Shown one piece after another: positions 37,093-49,352 of a stretch of 64,000 nucleotides of DNA. A program made the position numbers and the translations under genes. Location of the stretch: assembly GCA_964016885.1 (NCBI GenBank), contig OZ024741.1, positions 380,494,001-380,558,000 of the forward strand, given 5' to 3'. Origin of the DNA: Eledone cirrhosa. Taxonomy: Eukaryota. Each line of letters starts with the position of its first letter. Position 1 is the first letter of the stretch. A model generated the notes under the pieces. It saw only the letters and a list, made by a program, of their open reading frames with translations, was not told the origin of the DNA and did no database searches.

Positions 37093-39240
37093 TATAAAAT
37101 GTTAACGTCAGTCCTAACTGAATATACATATGATCACCTGATAACAAATGATCTATTTCCCAATGAGCAGAAAGGGTGTAAACGAGGCTCATATGGCTGT
37201 AAAAATCAGCTGTTGGTTAACAAAATGATACTGGAAGACTGTCACAATAGACACAAAAATCTACCAATTGCTTGGATAGATTACAAAAAAGCATTCGATA
37301 GTTTGCCACATAGTTGGATTGAAAAATATCTAGAGGTTTTCAAAATATCTCCCGTTGTCAGGAGGTTCCTGTCATTTAGTATGAAGACATGGAAAACAAC
37401 ACTCCTTTTGAATAGTGAAAAATAAACACAGGAAGCTGGAGGAGTGAATATTAATTGTGGAATTTTTCTGGGTGACTCTTTATCACCGCTTTTATTCTGC
37501 ATCTGCATCATACCATTAAGTAAAATGCTCAATGAAACAAAACATGGATATAAAGTCTATGACAAAATCATTAATCACTTGTTCTACATGGATGACCTGG
37601 AACTATTTTCAAAAAATGATGAACAATTGCAAGGGCTATTATCCACTGTGGAGCAGTTCAGTGATGACATTAAAATGGAGTTTGGACTAGATAAATGCGC
37701 CAAAGCAACGTTCACCAGAGGAAAGCTGCTGAAAAGTTCAGACATTAATCTTGATCGGGGGAATGTGATAAGAGAACTTGAGCAAGAGGAAACTTACAAA
37801 TATATAGGTGTTTGTGAAGGAGACGGAATCAAGCACTCGACAATGAGGGAAAAGATAAGGAAGGAATGTTACCACAGAGTAAGAGCAATCTTAAGAACGG
37901 AATTGAATGCAAGGAATAGGATCGATGCCATAAACACGCTTGCCATACCAGTAGTAACCTACAGTTACAATGTCATCAACTGGTCAAGCACAGAGAAAAG
38001 TATTAACCATGCACAGAATGCATCACCCTAAGGCAGATACAGATAGAATATATCTCCCTAGGAAAGAAAGAGGACGTGGGTTAATCCAGTTAGATATTGC
38101 GTTGAAAACTGCAACAATTGGATTATCTACATCTCTAAGGGAATCACATGATTGGATGATCTAACTCGTTGTGAAACACGAAAGCATCAAAAGATCATAC
38201 TCCATTACAAAAGATGCACAAAGATACAATAATGGACTACCAATTTCAGAAGTTCCATTTACTGCTGAAATGGAAAACACAGAAAAAGCAAAGCAGGTAA
38301 AAGTAACTGCAAGGAAACTGGCTAAGAAATGACAAGAAAAGCCTCTGTATGGAAAATACCCAGAAAGAGCTAATAATCCTGATGTTGACAAATCTTTAAC
38401 CCATCAGTGGCTGTCATCCTCTGGACTGAAATCGGAGACTGAAGGTCTGATTATATCAGCACAAGATCAGTGTCTGCCAACAAAAAATTACCAACCCAAC
38501 ATAATAAAAAATGGATGCAGCCCATTATGCCGTGTATGTAAAAAAACAACCAGAGACCATTGATCATATAATTTCAATGTGCAGTCATATAGCTTCAACC
38601 GAATACCTAAACAGGCACGACAGAGCTGCACAATACATACATTGGATAATGTGTTAAGCATTTTGACCTGCCCCATCAAAAGAATTGATGAGAGCATCAA
38701 CCACCCTACGTACTTGAAAAAGAACACATCTCAATCTTGTGGGAATTTAGCATCCAAACAGACCGAAAAATATGATGCAAATAGACCTGATATAATACTG
38801 AAGGAATTTAAAAAGAGGGTATGCCTGCTAATTGATATGTCCGTTCCAATACACAAGAATGTATCTATAAAAACATTTGAAAAATTGAGCAAGTATAAGG
38901 ACCTGGAAATAGAAATTGGAAAAATGTGGAAATTGAGAAATAGTTGTAGGTGTTCTAGGAATGATACCTAAGGGGGCTAATGATTACTTATCGCAAATCC
39001 CAGGAAACCCCGTATAGGAGAAATACAAAAGATAGTAATAATGGGAACTCCCCATATACTAAGGAAGATTCTGTCAATATAATTACATCACAAGTCTAAA
39101 CACCTAATGATGCATGTGTGTGTATGTATGTTCTTTCTTGAACATGGCGGACCTTGTTGTCTCTTGAGGTCACTGGTTGTGACTTGGTGATAACTCGTAT
39201 GAACATAAAGGAAGATAAATGCAAATGTAATAATAATAAT
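37093..39240 (+). mobile_element. R4/Dong-like non-LTR retrotransposon (RT plus restriction-like endonuclease), 5'-truncated, (TAA)n tail
   Basis: EQKGC, WIDYKKAFDS, GDSLSPLLF, HLFYMDDL, FGLDKC, RIYLPRKERGRGL, CRVC...DHIISMC, RHD, NRPDII...LLIDMSVP and KYKDL; ORF ends ~39082; tail TAATAATAATAAT. Confidence 0.88.
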
Positions 39241-39334
39241 TGTTTCTACTTTTTGGCACAAGGCCAGCAATTACCCAGTGCATTACTGGTACTTTATTTT
39301 ATCGCCCCGTAAGGATGAAAGGCAAAGTTAACCT
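39241..39334 (-). mobile_element. 5'-truncated SINE (19550 family) inside the Tx1 array
   Basis: Reverse complement of 19844-19940; same orientation as the Tx1 copies and bounded by (AAT)n on both sides. Confidence 0.9.
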
Positions 39335-39596
39335 AATAATAATTCTTTCTTTATTAAACACAAGAGTTTAAATAAAGTAGACATTAAGGACAGTACAGGA
39401 TAATACAGGACAGTACAGATTGGAATTTCCGCGTGTAAAAAACAAAAACAGAGGATGCAAAAAACAAAAAAACAATGAAAAATTCCCCAATAGGAAGGAG
39501 ACTTCCGAGGGACATTCGTGGAGAAAGCCCATTAAAAACGCCACAGTGACCCTGACCACCAGGGCAAGTGCCCTCTCCCAGTTTTCCACATTTAAT

Positions 39597-42500
39597 TTAC
39601 AGACATATACTCAGAGTAGGCCCATTCACTCGGGCCATTCTTGCCTCTCTCACCCATCTTTCAACAAAATCCTGGGAAGAGAGCACTTCCCTCTCTACCC
39701 TGATTTTCCTTTTCAAAGGAAATTTCAAAAGGTTAATCAGGGCATCACCGAAGAGGAAAGTGCTCGTCTTGAGCCCTTTCAAACGTGTCCACCATTCTAT
39801 CTCTTTCGCTATGGCTTCCCGGCTAAAGGAAGGGGGAGGGGCAATCCTCACGATGGACTCAGCTGATAGCCGGATCCGTCCTACACACGACAGCAGGTGT
39901 TCGACATAAACGCACAAGTCAGCAATGCTCGGACACTGGACGAGTGGGTGCAGGACGGTTTCGTCGACCTGCGCGCATCTCGGACATGCCAGGCTGACGC
40001 CACCTCCATGTCTGTAGAGTTTATCCCGAACTGGCAAAGCTCCTCTGTAGCACTGCCAGGCCAGGGATTCCTGGAAGTTGTCCATAGGCCCCCGCCCGAA
40101 AGTCCTTCCGAAGAGATTGGCGAGTTGGTTTTCGTCGACGCCTAGAGTTTCCCCAAGTACGTCGTCGCTCTTCCCCTCCACTAATCCTCTATACAATGGC
40201 AAGGTGGAGTTTTCAACGATCACATTGCCCGATTGGTCGAGGGCTGTGAGCACCTGAAGACATTCCAGTCTCCAAGCGCTCCCTTTCGGTTCGCTTGACC
40301 CAGAACTGCAACTCCGTCAAGGAGACGAGCTGGAGAAAGGCGCGTCTAGCAAACGGAGACCACAACTGATCACCGTCGAGGAAGAAGTGTAGATATCGTA
40401 GCCTGAGCGCGTGTCTACACATCATCAGCCACGGCATGCCCAGCCCTCCACGTAGCGGGTGTTGACAGCAGATGGACAGCCTGACCAACGGAGCGCGTCC
40501 CGTCCACAAAAAGCGAAAGAGCAAACGCTCCAGCGAAGTCTGACGCGGCTTACGACAAGGCACGACGGTCAGGCAGTAGTAGATGACGGACGCAATATAC
40601 GCGTTAGCGACCTCCGCTTTACCAGTCGGGGATAGCTTTCTCTCCGCCCATTTCTGGGTGAGAGAACCCACCCTGCTTGTCACCTCATCCCAGTTTTTGT
40701 CCGTCTGGAGGTCTAGACCTCTAGCAATTTAACCGGTCCGTCCGTCCAGCGCCCGACGACGCTCTTGGACGGCATGGACCTGCCTCTACAGGTGCCGAGC
40801 TGCAGGCCCACTGACTTTTCTTGCTTGATCATTTCTCCTGTCACCGCTTCGTATTCTCTTAGTGCAGTGCTGATCGCTTCGATGTGTTTGTCGTTCGACA
40901 CCACTACGGTGACATCGTCCGCATATGCTGACACGGATTTTCCGCATCCTAGTTCGCGCGAGACCCCCCTCAACGTCTCCAGTTTTTGCAGTAATGGCTC
41001 GAGAGTCAATACGTACGAGAGGGAACATCCTTGGCGGACCGAGCACATGATGTTGAACGGTCCGAAAGGTGACCGTTCACTCTCACCACAGCAGATGTCG
41101 CTTTGCATGGCAGCGATCCAGCCCCTGAAGACGGGCTCAAAGCCAGCCGCCCTCAGGACTGCTGCCAGATAACAATGCTCGACCCTATCGAAAGCTTTCG
41201 ACTGATCTAAATTGATCAAGGACCCACCTGTGCCAAGTTCCCTAGCTACCCTCTCCATGATGTATCGCATGAGGTGGAGGTTGTCGTGGATGGATCTGTC
41301 GGGAATGGCGCATTTCTGCGCCTCTCCCACCAGACCACCAACGCAAAGCCCCAACCTCTTTGCTAGCACCTTGGCCAAAATCTTGAACTCTGTGTTTAGC
41401 AGAGTTATGGGCCTGAAATTATCTATGTTATCTCCCTTGTTCGGATTCATTTTCAGCATCCCCACCGCTCCTCGGCTCACAGAGCTGGGAATTCTCCCAT
41501 TCTGTTGCCATTTGCAGTAGACGTCCGCCAAGAGGCCTCCGAACCTGTCTGGCATTTGTACGTAAATTTCATAGGGCAGACCATCCAAACCAGTCGATTT
41601 ACCCCTTGTGCAGACAATCATTGCCTGCCGTACTTCAGTGGCTGTTATCGGTTTTTCGCAACACTCCGCCTCAGTGGCCGAGAGCCGCAACAGTCCTTCG
41701 AGGTAGACACTAAAGTCCATCTCTTGATCCGGCCCGCCGATGCCCCCGAACAGCTGAGCGAAGTGTGGCTGAAAAGCTTCACACATTTGCCCGGGATCGA
41801 GTAGCATGCGCCCGTCGTGGTCCAACTAAGACCGGATCGTGGCTTTGTTGCCACGACACGCCTCTGCCACTCGGGCCCATTGAACGGCTTTCGTCCCCTC
41901 GTGTCTGAGAGCTCGCCCACTAGCTCTGACAACGTAGCCTTCGTTCTTTGCATTGAAGAATTGGTCAAGGGCCAATTTAGCCGCAAGTACGTCGGTCGCG
42001 ATGCCTTTGCTAAGCGCCTCGTCTAATTTTCTAACTAGTTCTCCCTCTGCTCTATTTTTATCTATTGCTAAAGATTTACTAAACCTAATTGACTCTATTC
42101 TAATCACTCTTTTCAGAGCAAACGACCACTTATTGTTGACGATGGCCCCCGTCAACGCCCGCTTAACTAGTTCGCTAATCCGGTCTCTGTAGGCCTTGCG
42201 CGCTGGTAAGGACTCGTTTAGCTTCCAGTGGCCGAGTCCTTGTCTATGAAGCCTATCTAAGTCAACCACACAGATCACGAATTTGTGGTCCGTGTAGCTG
42301 ACTATCTTGAATTGTGGACAGCCTACGCTAGACCTATCTATTTCCCTACAAAATACTCTATCTAGATATGATCTGGATGACCCGATACCGTTTGTCCAAG
42401 TCCACATTGGCACATTCGGGAAATCCAATCAGTACCTGTCAGACAGTTCAAAACGCCTGAGCAGATTGGTGAAGCTCTTGCACCCCTATACGCTACTCCC

Positions 42501-42957
42501 ACACTGTCCCAGCGTGCACCTAAGATCCCGTTCCAGTCGCCCACAAACACTAAAGAGCGGGACGTTCCAAGAAAGGTCTCCAGACGCCGGAAGAAATTAG
42601 GCCGCCCTGCTCCTGTCGGGGCATAGACGGCCACTAGCCTGAAAGCTGCCCGTCTCCGCTGGTCACGTCCAGCACCACCAACTTACCTTCTGGGTCCAGG
42701 AAGATGGCCCGTATGGCGAGATCCAAACCTCTCTGAAAAAGCACAGCAACTACTCCCCCCGATCCAGGACGGCTGGGAGATGAGTACACATCCTAGCCGC
42801 CGAAGATCGGTGCGAAGGCCTGTGCCTCGGAGATTATGGTCTCGTTGATGGCCACCACATCTATGTTTAGTGACCTGATGTCGTCAAGCAGGTGGCCCTG
42901 CTTCCATGACGAGCCCAAGCCACGCGCATTTATGCTTCCTATTCTGAGTGAGGTCAT
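39597..42957 (-). pseudogene. Copy C ORF2 (APE-RT-CCHC), disrupted
   Basis: VGDWN, TDHK, FRPITLLN, DQSKAFDRV, AYADD and CPRC..ETVLH..C across ORFs 42362..42634, 41826..42428, 40713..41825, 40213..40683 and 39597..40253. Confidence 0.92.
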
Positions 42958-42991
42958 GTTGAAATGGAGTGGAAAAGATGGGAAAGACCAC

Positions 42992-44956
42992 TTATCTTAC
43001 TTCTCGTAGAGGAAGGATGGTTTCTCCATCCTTTTCACTGCTTCTGGCCTCCTCCGGAAGGATGTCCTTATAAATCCTCCTGGAGAGTGCTTGTCGGAAG
43101 TCTCTGATGTCTTTGGGGAATTTTTGTTTTAGTGTCGTGTACGTTTTCTGTGTGATGCGAGTGATTTGTATGTGTGGAGGTGGTGTGAAGTTTTGGGTTG
43201 TTGTGTTGTCTGTTAGTGAGATGCTGGTGTTGTGTTGGATGTAGTGTAATAATTGGTTGTTGTTCAAATGTAATGCTGTGTAGTGTGTAACGTTTTGGTT
43301 GTTTTGTTTTGTTTGCGTTTGTTGTGGATTTGTTTCTGCTTCGCTTTTTGGTGACTTTTGTGGTGTTGGTGATGGTGGTGTTGGGGTTAATGATGGTGAT
43401 GGTGTTGGTGTTTGTGGTGATGCTGGTGTGGATGGTGGCATAGCTGTCCTAACTTTTTTGTTTGTTAGTTTATTTGTTTCCCCCTGTATTTTGTTTTTGG
43501 TGGGGGAGGAAGAGGATTTTTATTCTTTTTGGGGTTCTTTTACTTTTTTCTTTTATCCTGATACAGATTCCCACTCCTTGTCGTCACAATTTATTTCCGG
43601 TTGCGGCAGGTCTGGGAGTGGAAAATCCTCCACAGGCGTTGATTTTGGTTGTGGCGTGGTGGATGGTGGTGACGCTGGTGCTAGTTCTGGCGCGGTGGGT
43701 GGTGGTGGTGTTGGTTTTGCTACTGTTGCTGCTACAGTTGCTTCTGCTGTTGCTGCTCCAGTTGTTGCTGCCATTTCTACTGTGTTGATGGGTGTGTCAC
43801 TGGGGTGGGTAAGGGAGGTGGCCTCTACTTTATAGCCTGAGGACAGAAATCCTTTAGGTGGGTCCCTTCACCACAAACGACACACCATGGCCTTCTACCC
43901 TCGACGATTACGGTGAGGTAGCTGCCGTCAGTGAGGTCTATCACCTCTGGGATTTCTTCAATGCTTTTCTAGTCCGCTTGGATCAGGAGCTCCATCCCAG
44001 ATGCGAGCAGTTCTCCTGCTTTTCTTTTGTTATTTCAATTATTTTCGTGTTGGCCTCGATGCCGGCGAGGACGGCAGCTATTAGCCAGGGAATTTTGATG
44101 GCCGGTGGAACGTGGGTCACTCTGATCTTCACGAGTCTCTGTCCACAATAGCTTGGGACGAGTGTGAAGTCGTCGTTTCTTAAGGGGTACATGGAGTGCT
44201 CTCTCGCCTCCTGTGGTGTTCCAAAGAACACGTCCACGGTTCCATATTTCTGCCCACGTCTGATATGGGTTTTTTTCGCCCACAAATGTCCCAAAGCTTT
44301 TTGGATTTGGGACTCGGATGCCCGTTCCACTCGGCGTGATTTTGTGTTAATCGTCCTATAAGACACGGTGCATCGGCGTTGATGCTCAATTTTATTAGGT
44401 GGGGGTGAGGCTGACCCTGTACCCATCTTTCTTTACCATTCTCTTGACTTCATTTAATTCATCCTGAGTTACCTCGATATTTTTGCTTTTCTTGGCTGCT
44501 TTGGCAAACGACACATTTGCGGCGGTGTTGATGTTTTTGCTGTTATTCTCATTCTTGCTGTTGCTGTTGTTGTTATTGTTATTTTTTTAGTTTCAGCTGT
44601 GGTGGAGGTGGTGGTGGTGTCAGTGGTGTTCGGCGTGGAAGAGTCGATTCTGGATGAATTTATTTTGATGTCACGAGATAATAATTTTTTTTGTTTGGTT
44701 TCTGTTGTCGCGCTGGTGGTGGTGGTATCAGTGGTGGTCGTTGTTGTTTTTTTACATTGTGATAGTGGGGGTGGCTGCTTTAACACCTGCAGTTATTGGT
44801 AATGGCAGGAAATCCATGTCTTTATGCGGAAATTCTAAATAATTCAGACTGCTATTAAATATATTTTCAGTGGGAACCGTGGCAAGGCTTACAATGGTGT
44901 TGGTGTTGGTGTTGGTGGGGGGGGGGTCTGTTAAAAACAGCAGATTTGTCGTCCAT
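42992..44956 (-). pseudogene. Copy C ORF1, disrupted
   Basis: RRCTVSYR, RGQKYGTVDV and PSYCGQRLVKIRV are homologous to ORF1 of B and E; CCHC knuckle at ~43840-43885; Thr/Pro-rich termini. Confidence 0.8.
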
Positions 44957-45153
44957 GTTTTTTTTTCAAAGAAATATTTTGTTTGATAAATAAAAAGTTT
45001 AAGTTTTGGGCTCAAGGCTGCAATATGTTTTTTTGTCCTGTGACATTAATAACAATTGACAACAAACATTTTCCATAATTGGCAATTTGAAACAACTGAA
45101 AACAACAAACCTTTGCGGTGCTCACGATAATACGATTTCCTACGTAGGTCGTC

Positions 45154-45616
45154 AATAATAATAATAATAATAATAATAAGAAGAAGAAGAAGAAGAAGAA
45201 TAATGCTTTCTTTATTAACCACAAGGGTTTACACAAAGTAGACATTAAGGACAGTACAGGACATTACAGGACGGTACAAATGGGCATTTCTCCGTGTAAA
45301 AAAAACAAAAAACAGAGAATGTAATAAAAAGTACAATGAAAAATTCCCCAATAGGGTGGAGACATCCGAGGGCCATCGTGGAGAAAGCCCATTAAAAAGA
45401 AGCCACGGTGACCCCGACCACCAGGGCAAGTGTCCTCTCCCAGTTTTCCACCTTCAATTTACAGGCATAAACTCAGAGTAGGTCCATTCACTCGGCCCAT
45501 TCCTGCCTCTCTCACCCATCTTTCAACAAAAAGCTGTGAAGAGAGCACTTCCCTCTTTACCATGACTTTCCTTTTCAATTGAAATTTGAAAAAGTTAATC
45601 GGCATCACCGACCAGG
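45154..45616 (-). mobile_element. Tx1-like copy D, short 3' fragment of the C subfamily
   Basis: Homologous to 39335-39750; compound (AAT)n(AAG)n tail. Confidence 0.92.
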
Positions 45617-45917
45617 TAATAATAATAATAATAATAATGATTTCATTTATTAGCCACAATGGCCGACATGTAGGGGACAATACAAAGACAGGGACAGTGG
45701 GGGTTTACAATAAGGTCGAGTAAAAGTGCACAATGGCAAGACTAATTTAACAATGAAAATATAAAAATATAAAATAAACTATGCATAAATATAACAAAAT
45801 AAATTCCCCGATAGGGGGTGAACGACCCAGGGGTGATTCGGGTACCCCACCAATCTTGAACCACCCTGCGCTTCTAGGGCACCCAGGGAGAGCACCCCTC
45901 TCCTCAAGTTAGCCAGC

Positions 45918-48900
45918 CTATAGGCGCATGGTCAGAGTAGGCCCATTCACACGAGCCATTCTCGCCACATTCACCCACCTTTTAGCAAATGTACTGGGGG
46001 GAAGCACTTCTCTCTCCACCATCACCTTCCTTTCCAGGTGAAACTTGAAGAAGTTGATGAGGGATTGGCCGAAGAGAAAAGTGTCTGTCTTTAGTCCTTT
46101 CAACCTGGTCCACCATATAATCTCTTTCGCAACTGCCACCAGACAGGGGAAAATGTCCTGCTCTTCCTGACCTAAGGAAGGTGGCGGCTCGATCTTCACT
46201 ATGGACTCGGCCGATAGCCGGATTCGTTCCACACGCGACAGTAGCTGTTCGACATAACTCCACAAGTCAGTAATGCACGGACATTGGACAAGTGCGTGCA
46301 GAACGGTTTCGTCGTTCTGTGCGCATCATGGGTAGGTCCGTCTGACAGCACTTCCGTGCCTGTAGAGTTTATCCCGAACCGGCAGTGCCCCCCGGTAGCA
46401 CTGCCAAGCGAGGGATTTCTGGAAATTGTCCATCGTCCCCGGCTCAAAAGTCCTCCGGTACAGACTGGTCAGTTCGACTTCGTCGAGGCCCAAAGCTTCT
46501 CCGAGTGCGTCATCGCACTTGCCCACCACTAATCCTCTATAGAACTCGAGAATGGAAGTTCCACTGATCGCATTGCCCGCTTGGTAGAGGGCAGTGAGTG
46601 CCTGGCAACATTCCAGGTGCCAGTCACCCAGTCTCAGTCTCTTCTTGACCCAGGACTGCAGCTCAGTCAAAGAAATGAGCTGCGGAAAGGCCCGTCTGAT
46701 AAACGGCGACCACACCTGTTCACCATTGAGGCAGAATATCTGGAGATGTCGCAGCCTCAACGCATGTCTGCGCATCATTAGCCACGACATGCCCAGACGT
46801 CCGCGTCGAGAGTGCTGGCAGCAGATGGACCGCCTCACCAACGGAACTTGTCCCCTCCACAAGAATTTGAAGAGGAGCTGTTCCAACTTGACGAGGCGCG
46901 GGCGGGGGAAAGGCTCGACGGTTAGGCGGTAGTAGATGACGGACGCGATGTACGCATTCGCCACCTCCGCGCGACCTTTCAGTGATAGATTCCTCCGAGC
47001 CCATTTTTGGGTGAGACTGGCTACTCTGCTCGTTACCTCGTCCCAATTCTTTTCCACCTGGAGGTCTGGTCCGAACCAAACCCCGAGCAACTTTACCGGT
47101 CCGTCCGTCCAGCGCCCCACGACGCTGTTGGACGGCATGTGCCTGCCTCTCCAGGTTCCGAGCTGCAAGCCCACCGACTTTTCCGGGTTAAGTTTGGCCT
47201 CTGTCAACCTTTCATATTCCTTCAGTAAGGTGCCGACCACCTCGATTTCTGAGGTGTTCGACACCATCAGGGTGATGTCGTCCGCATAAGCCGACACCGC
47301 CTTTCCACGTCCCGTTTCGAGCGGGATGCCCTGCAACAGCTCCAGCTTCCGCAGTAAAGGCTTGAGAGTCAATACGTACAGAAGGGAAGAGAGAGGGCAC
47401 CCTTGACGGACCGATCGGGAGAGCCGAAATGGTTCCGAGAGGTGGCCATTAATCTTGACCACCGAGCGTGTGCCGCTGTGCATTGCAACGATCCAGTTTC
47501 TAAAGACAGGGCCGAAGCCAGCTGCTTTGAGGACAAACTCCAGATACCGATGGTCGACCCTATCGAATGCTTTCGATTGATCTAAATTGATCAGTGCCCC
47601 ACCGAAGCCAGGTTTACACCCGACCCTCTCTATGATGTATCGCATGAGGTGGAGATTGTCGTGTATGGACCTGGCTGGGATTGCGCAAGTTTGCGCCTCC
47701 CCAACCAAATCCTCGACGACAAGCGCCAATCTCTTTGCTAACACCTTGGCCAAAATCTTAAACTCTGTGTTGAGCAGAGTTATGGACCTGAAGTTGTCTA
47801 ATGTATCCCTCTTGTTCTCGTCTTTCCTTATCAGCGTCACCACTCCCCTGCTCACAGAACTGGGAATACTCCCATTCTGCTGCCAGTTGCAGGAGAGTGC
47901 TTCGAGGAGTTCGGAGAACAAGTCTGGCATATTTACATAAAGCTCGTAGGGCAGGCCATCCAAACCGGGTGACTTGCGCCTCATGCAGCCGACAAGGGCG
48001 TCCTGAATTTCGGCTGAAGTAATCGGCCTTTCGCAGCGCTCAGTGTCGACCGTCGAGATGCGCGGCAAGCCGTCAAGGTAGGGACTGAAATCCGCTACTC
48101 TCTCTGACTCGCCACTCTCCCTGAACAACAGAGCAAAGTGCTGGCGAAAGGCCTCACACATCCGCTTGGATGGCTTATCTCGTGTCCGTCTCGGTCCGCC
48201 AAAGACCGAATTGTAGTTTTATTACCACCCTGCGCCTCCGCCACGCGGGCCCATCGAACAGCTTTAGTTCCCTCGTTTCTCAGCGCACGCGCCTTAGCTC
48301 TGACAATGCAACCTTCGTGTTTGGCGTTGAAGAAATGGTCTAATGCCATTCTCGCCGCTAGCACGTCAGTTGCGATGCCACTACAAATAGCCTCGTCTAA
48401 CTTATCTTACAGCTTCCCCTCCTTTCTATTTTTCTCTAACGCTAGTTCTTTGCTGAACTCTATCGAAGTTACTCTAATCTCTCTTTTGAGATCCCCCCAC
48501 CATCTGTTGTTGATGATCCCCCCTGTTAACTTTTGCTTAACTAAATTGTTGACTCAGTCCCTGTAAGCCTTACGTGCCGGAAATGACATGTTCAGCTTCC
48601 AGTAACCCGGTCCTAACCTACGCGTTTTATTTAGGTCGACCGTACAGATCACAAATTTGTGATCTGAATAGGCGACCGTTTTAAAAAGTGGACAGCCCAC
48701 ACTATTTCTATCTATTTTCCTAATGAAGATCCTGTCTATATACGATCTAGATGACCCCATTCGGTTGGTCCATGTCCATACTGGCACATTGGGGAAATCT
48801 AGTCGATACCTGTCAGACAGTTGGAACTGGCTGAGTAGGTGCTTGAGGCTTTTGCACCCCCCCCCGCTCCTATCGGCTACTCCCACACAATGCCAGCGTG

Positions 48901-49352
48901 CGTCTAAGATGCCATTACAGTCCCCCGCTAACAGTAAAGGGCGAGACGTACCCAGAAAGGTCTCCAGGCGCCTAAAGAAGTCAAGTCGGCCGGCCCCTGT
49001 AGGGGCGTAGACGGCCAGCAGTCTAAAGGCACCACCTTCGCTACTGCTCACATCCAAGACCACCAACTTACCGTCCGGCTCCCGGAAGATCGACCTTACC
49101 TCGAGATCCAGTCCTTTCCTAAACAGCACTGCCACCCCCCACCCACCCACCACCCATTCCCGGCCTGCTAACAGATGCGAAGATCTGATAGTCGTCGAAA
49201 ATGGGGGCTAGTGCGCGCGTGTTGGAAATTATGGTCTCGCTTACGGCAATCACGTCCATTTCCAGCGACCGGAGGTCGTTGAGCAGGCGACCTTGCTTCC
49301 AGGGTGACCCCAGGCCGCAAACATTTAAACTTCCTACTCTTAATATGGCCAT
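45918..49352 (-). pseudogene. Copy E ORF2 (APE-RT-CCHC) with a few stops and frameshifts
   Basis: ORFs 49119..49352, 48554..49153, 48095..48364, 46326..48161 and 45918..46265 are collinear pieces of one protein. Confidence 0.93.

Larger units (their letters stand above)
39335..45153 (-). mobile_element. Tx1/L1-like retrotransposon copy C (divergent subfamily, apparently full length)
   Basis: Putative 5' UTR of ~200 bp, ORF1 with CVVCGEGTHLKDFC, ORF2 from MTSLRIGSINARGLG (42957) to 39597, distinct 3' UTR. Confidence 0.92.
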
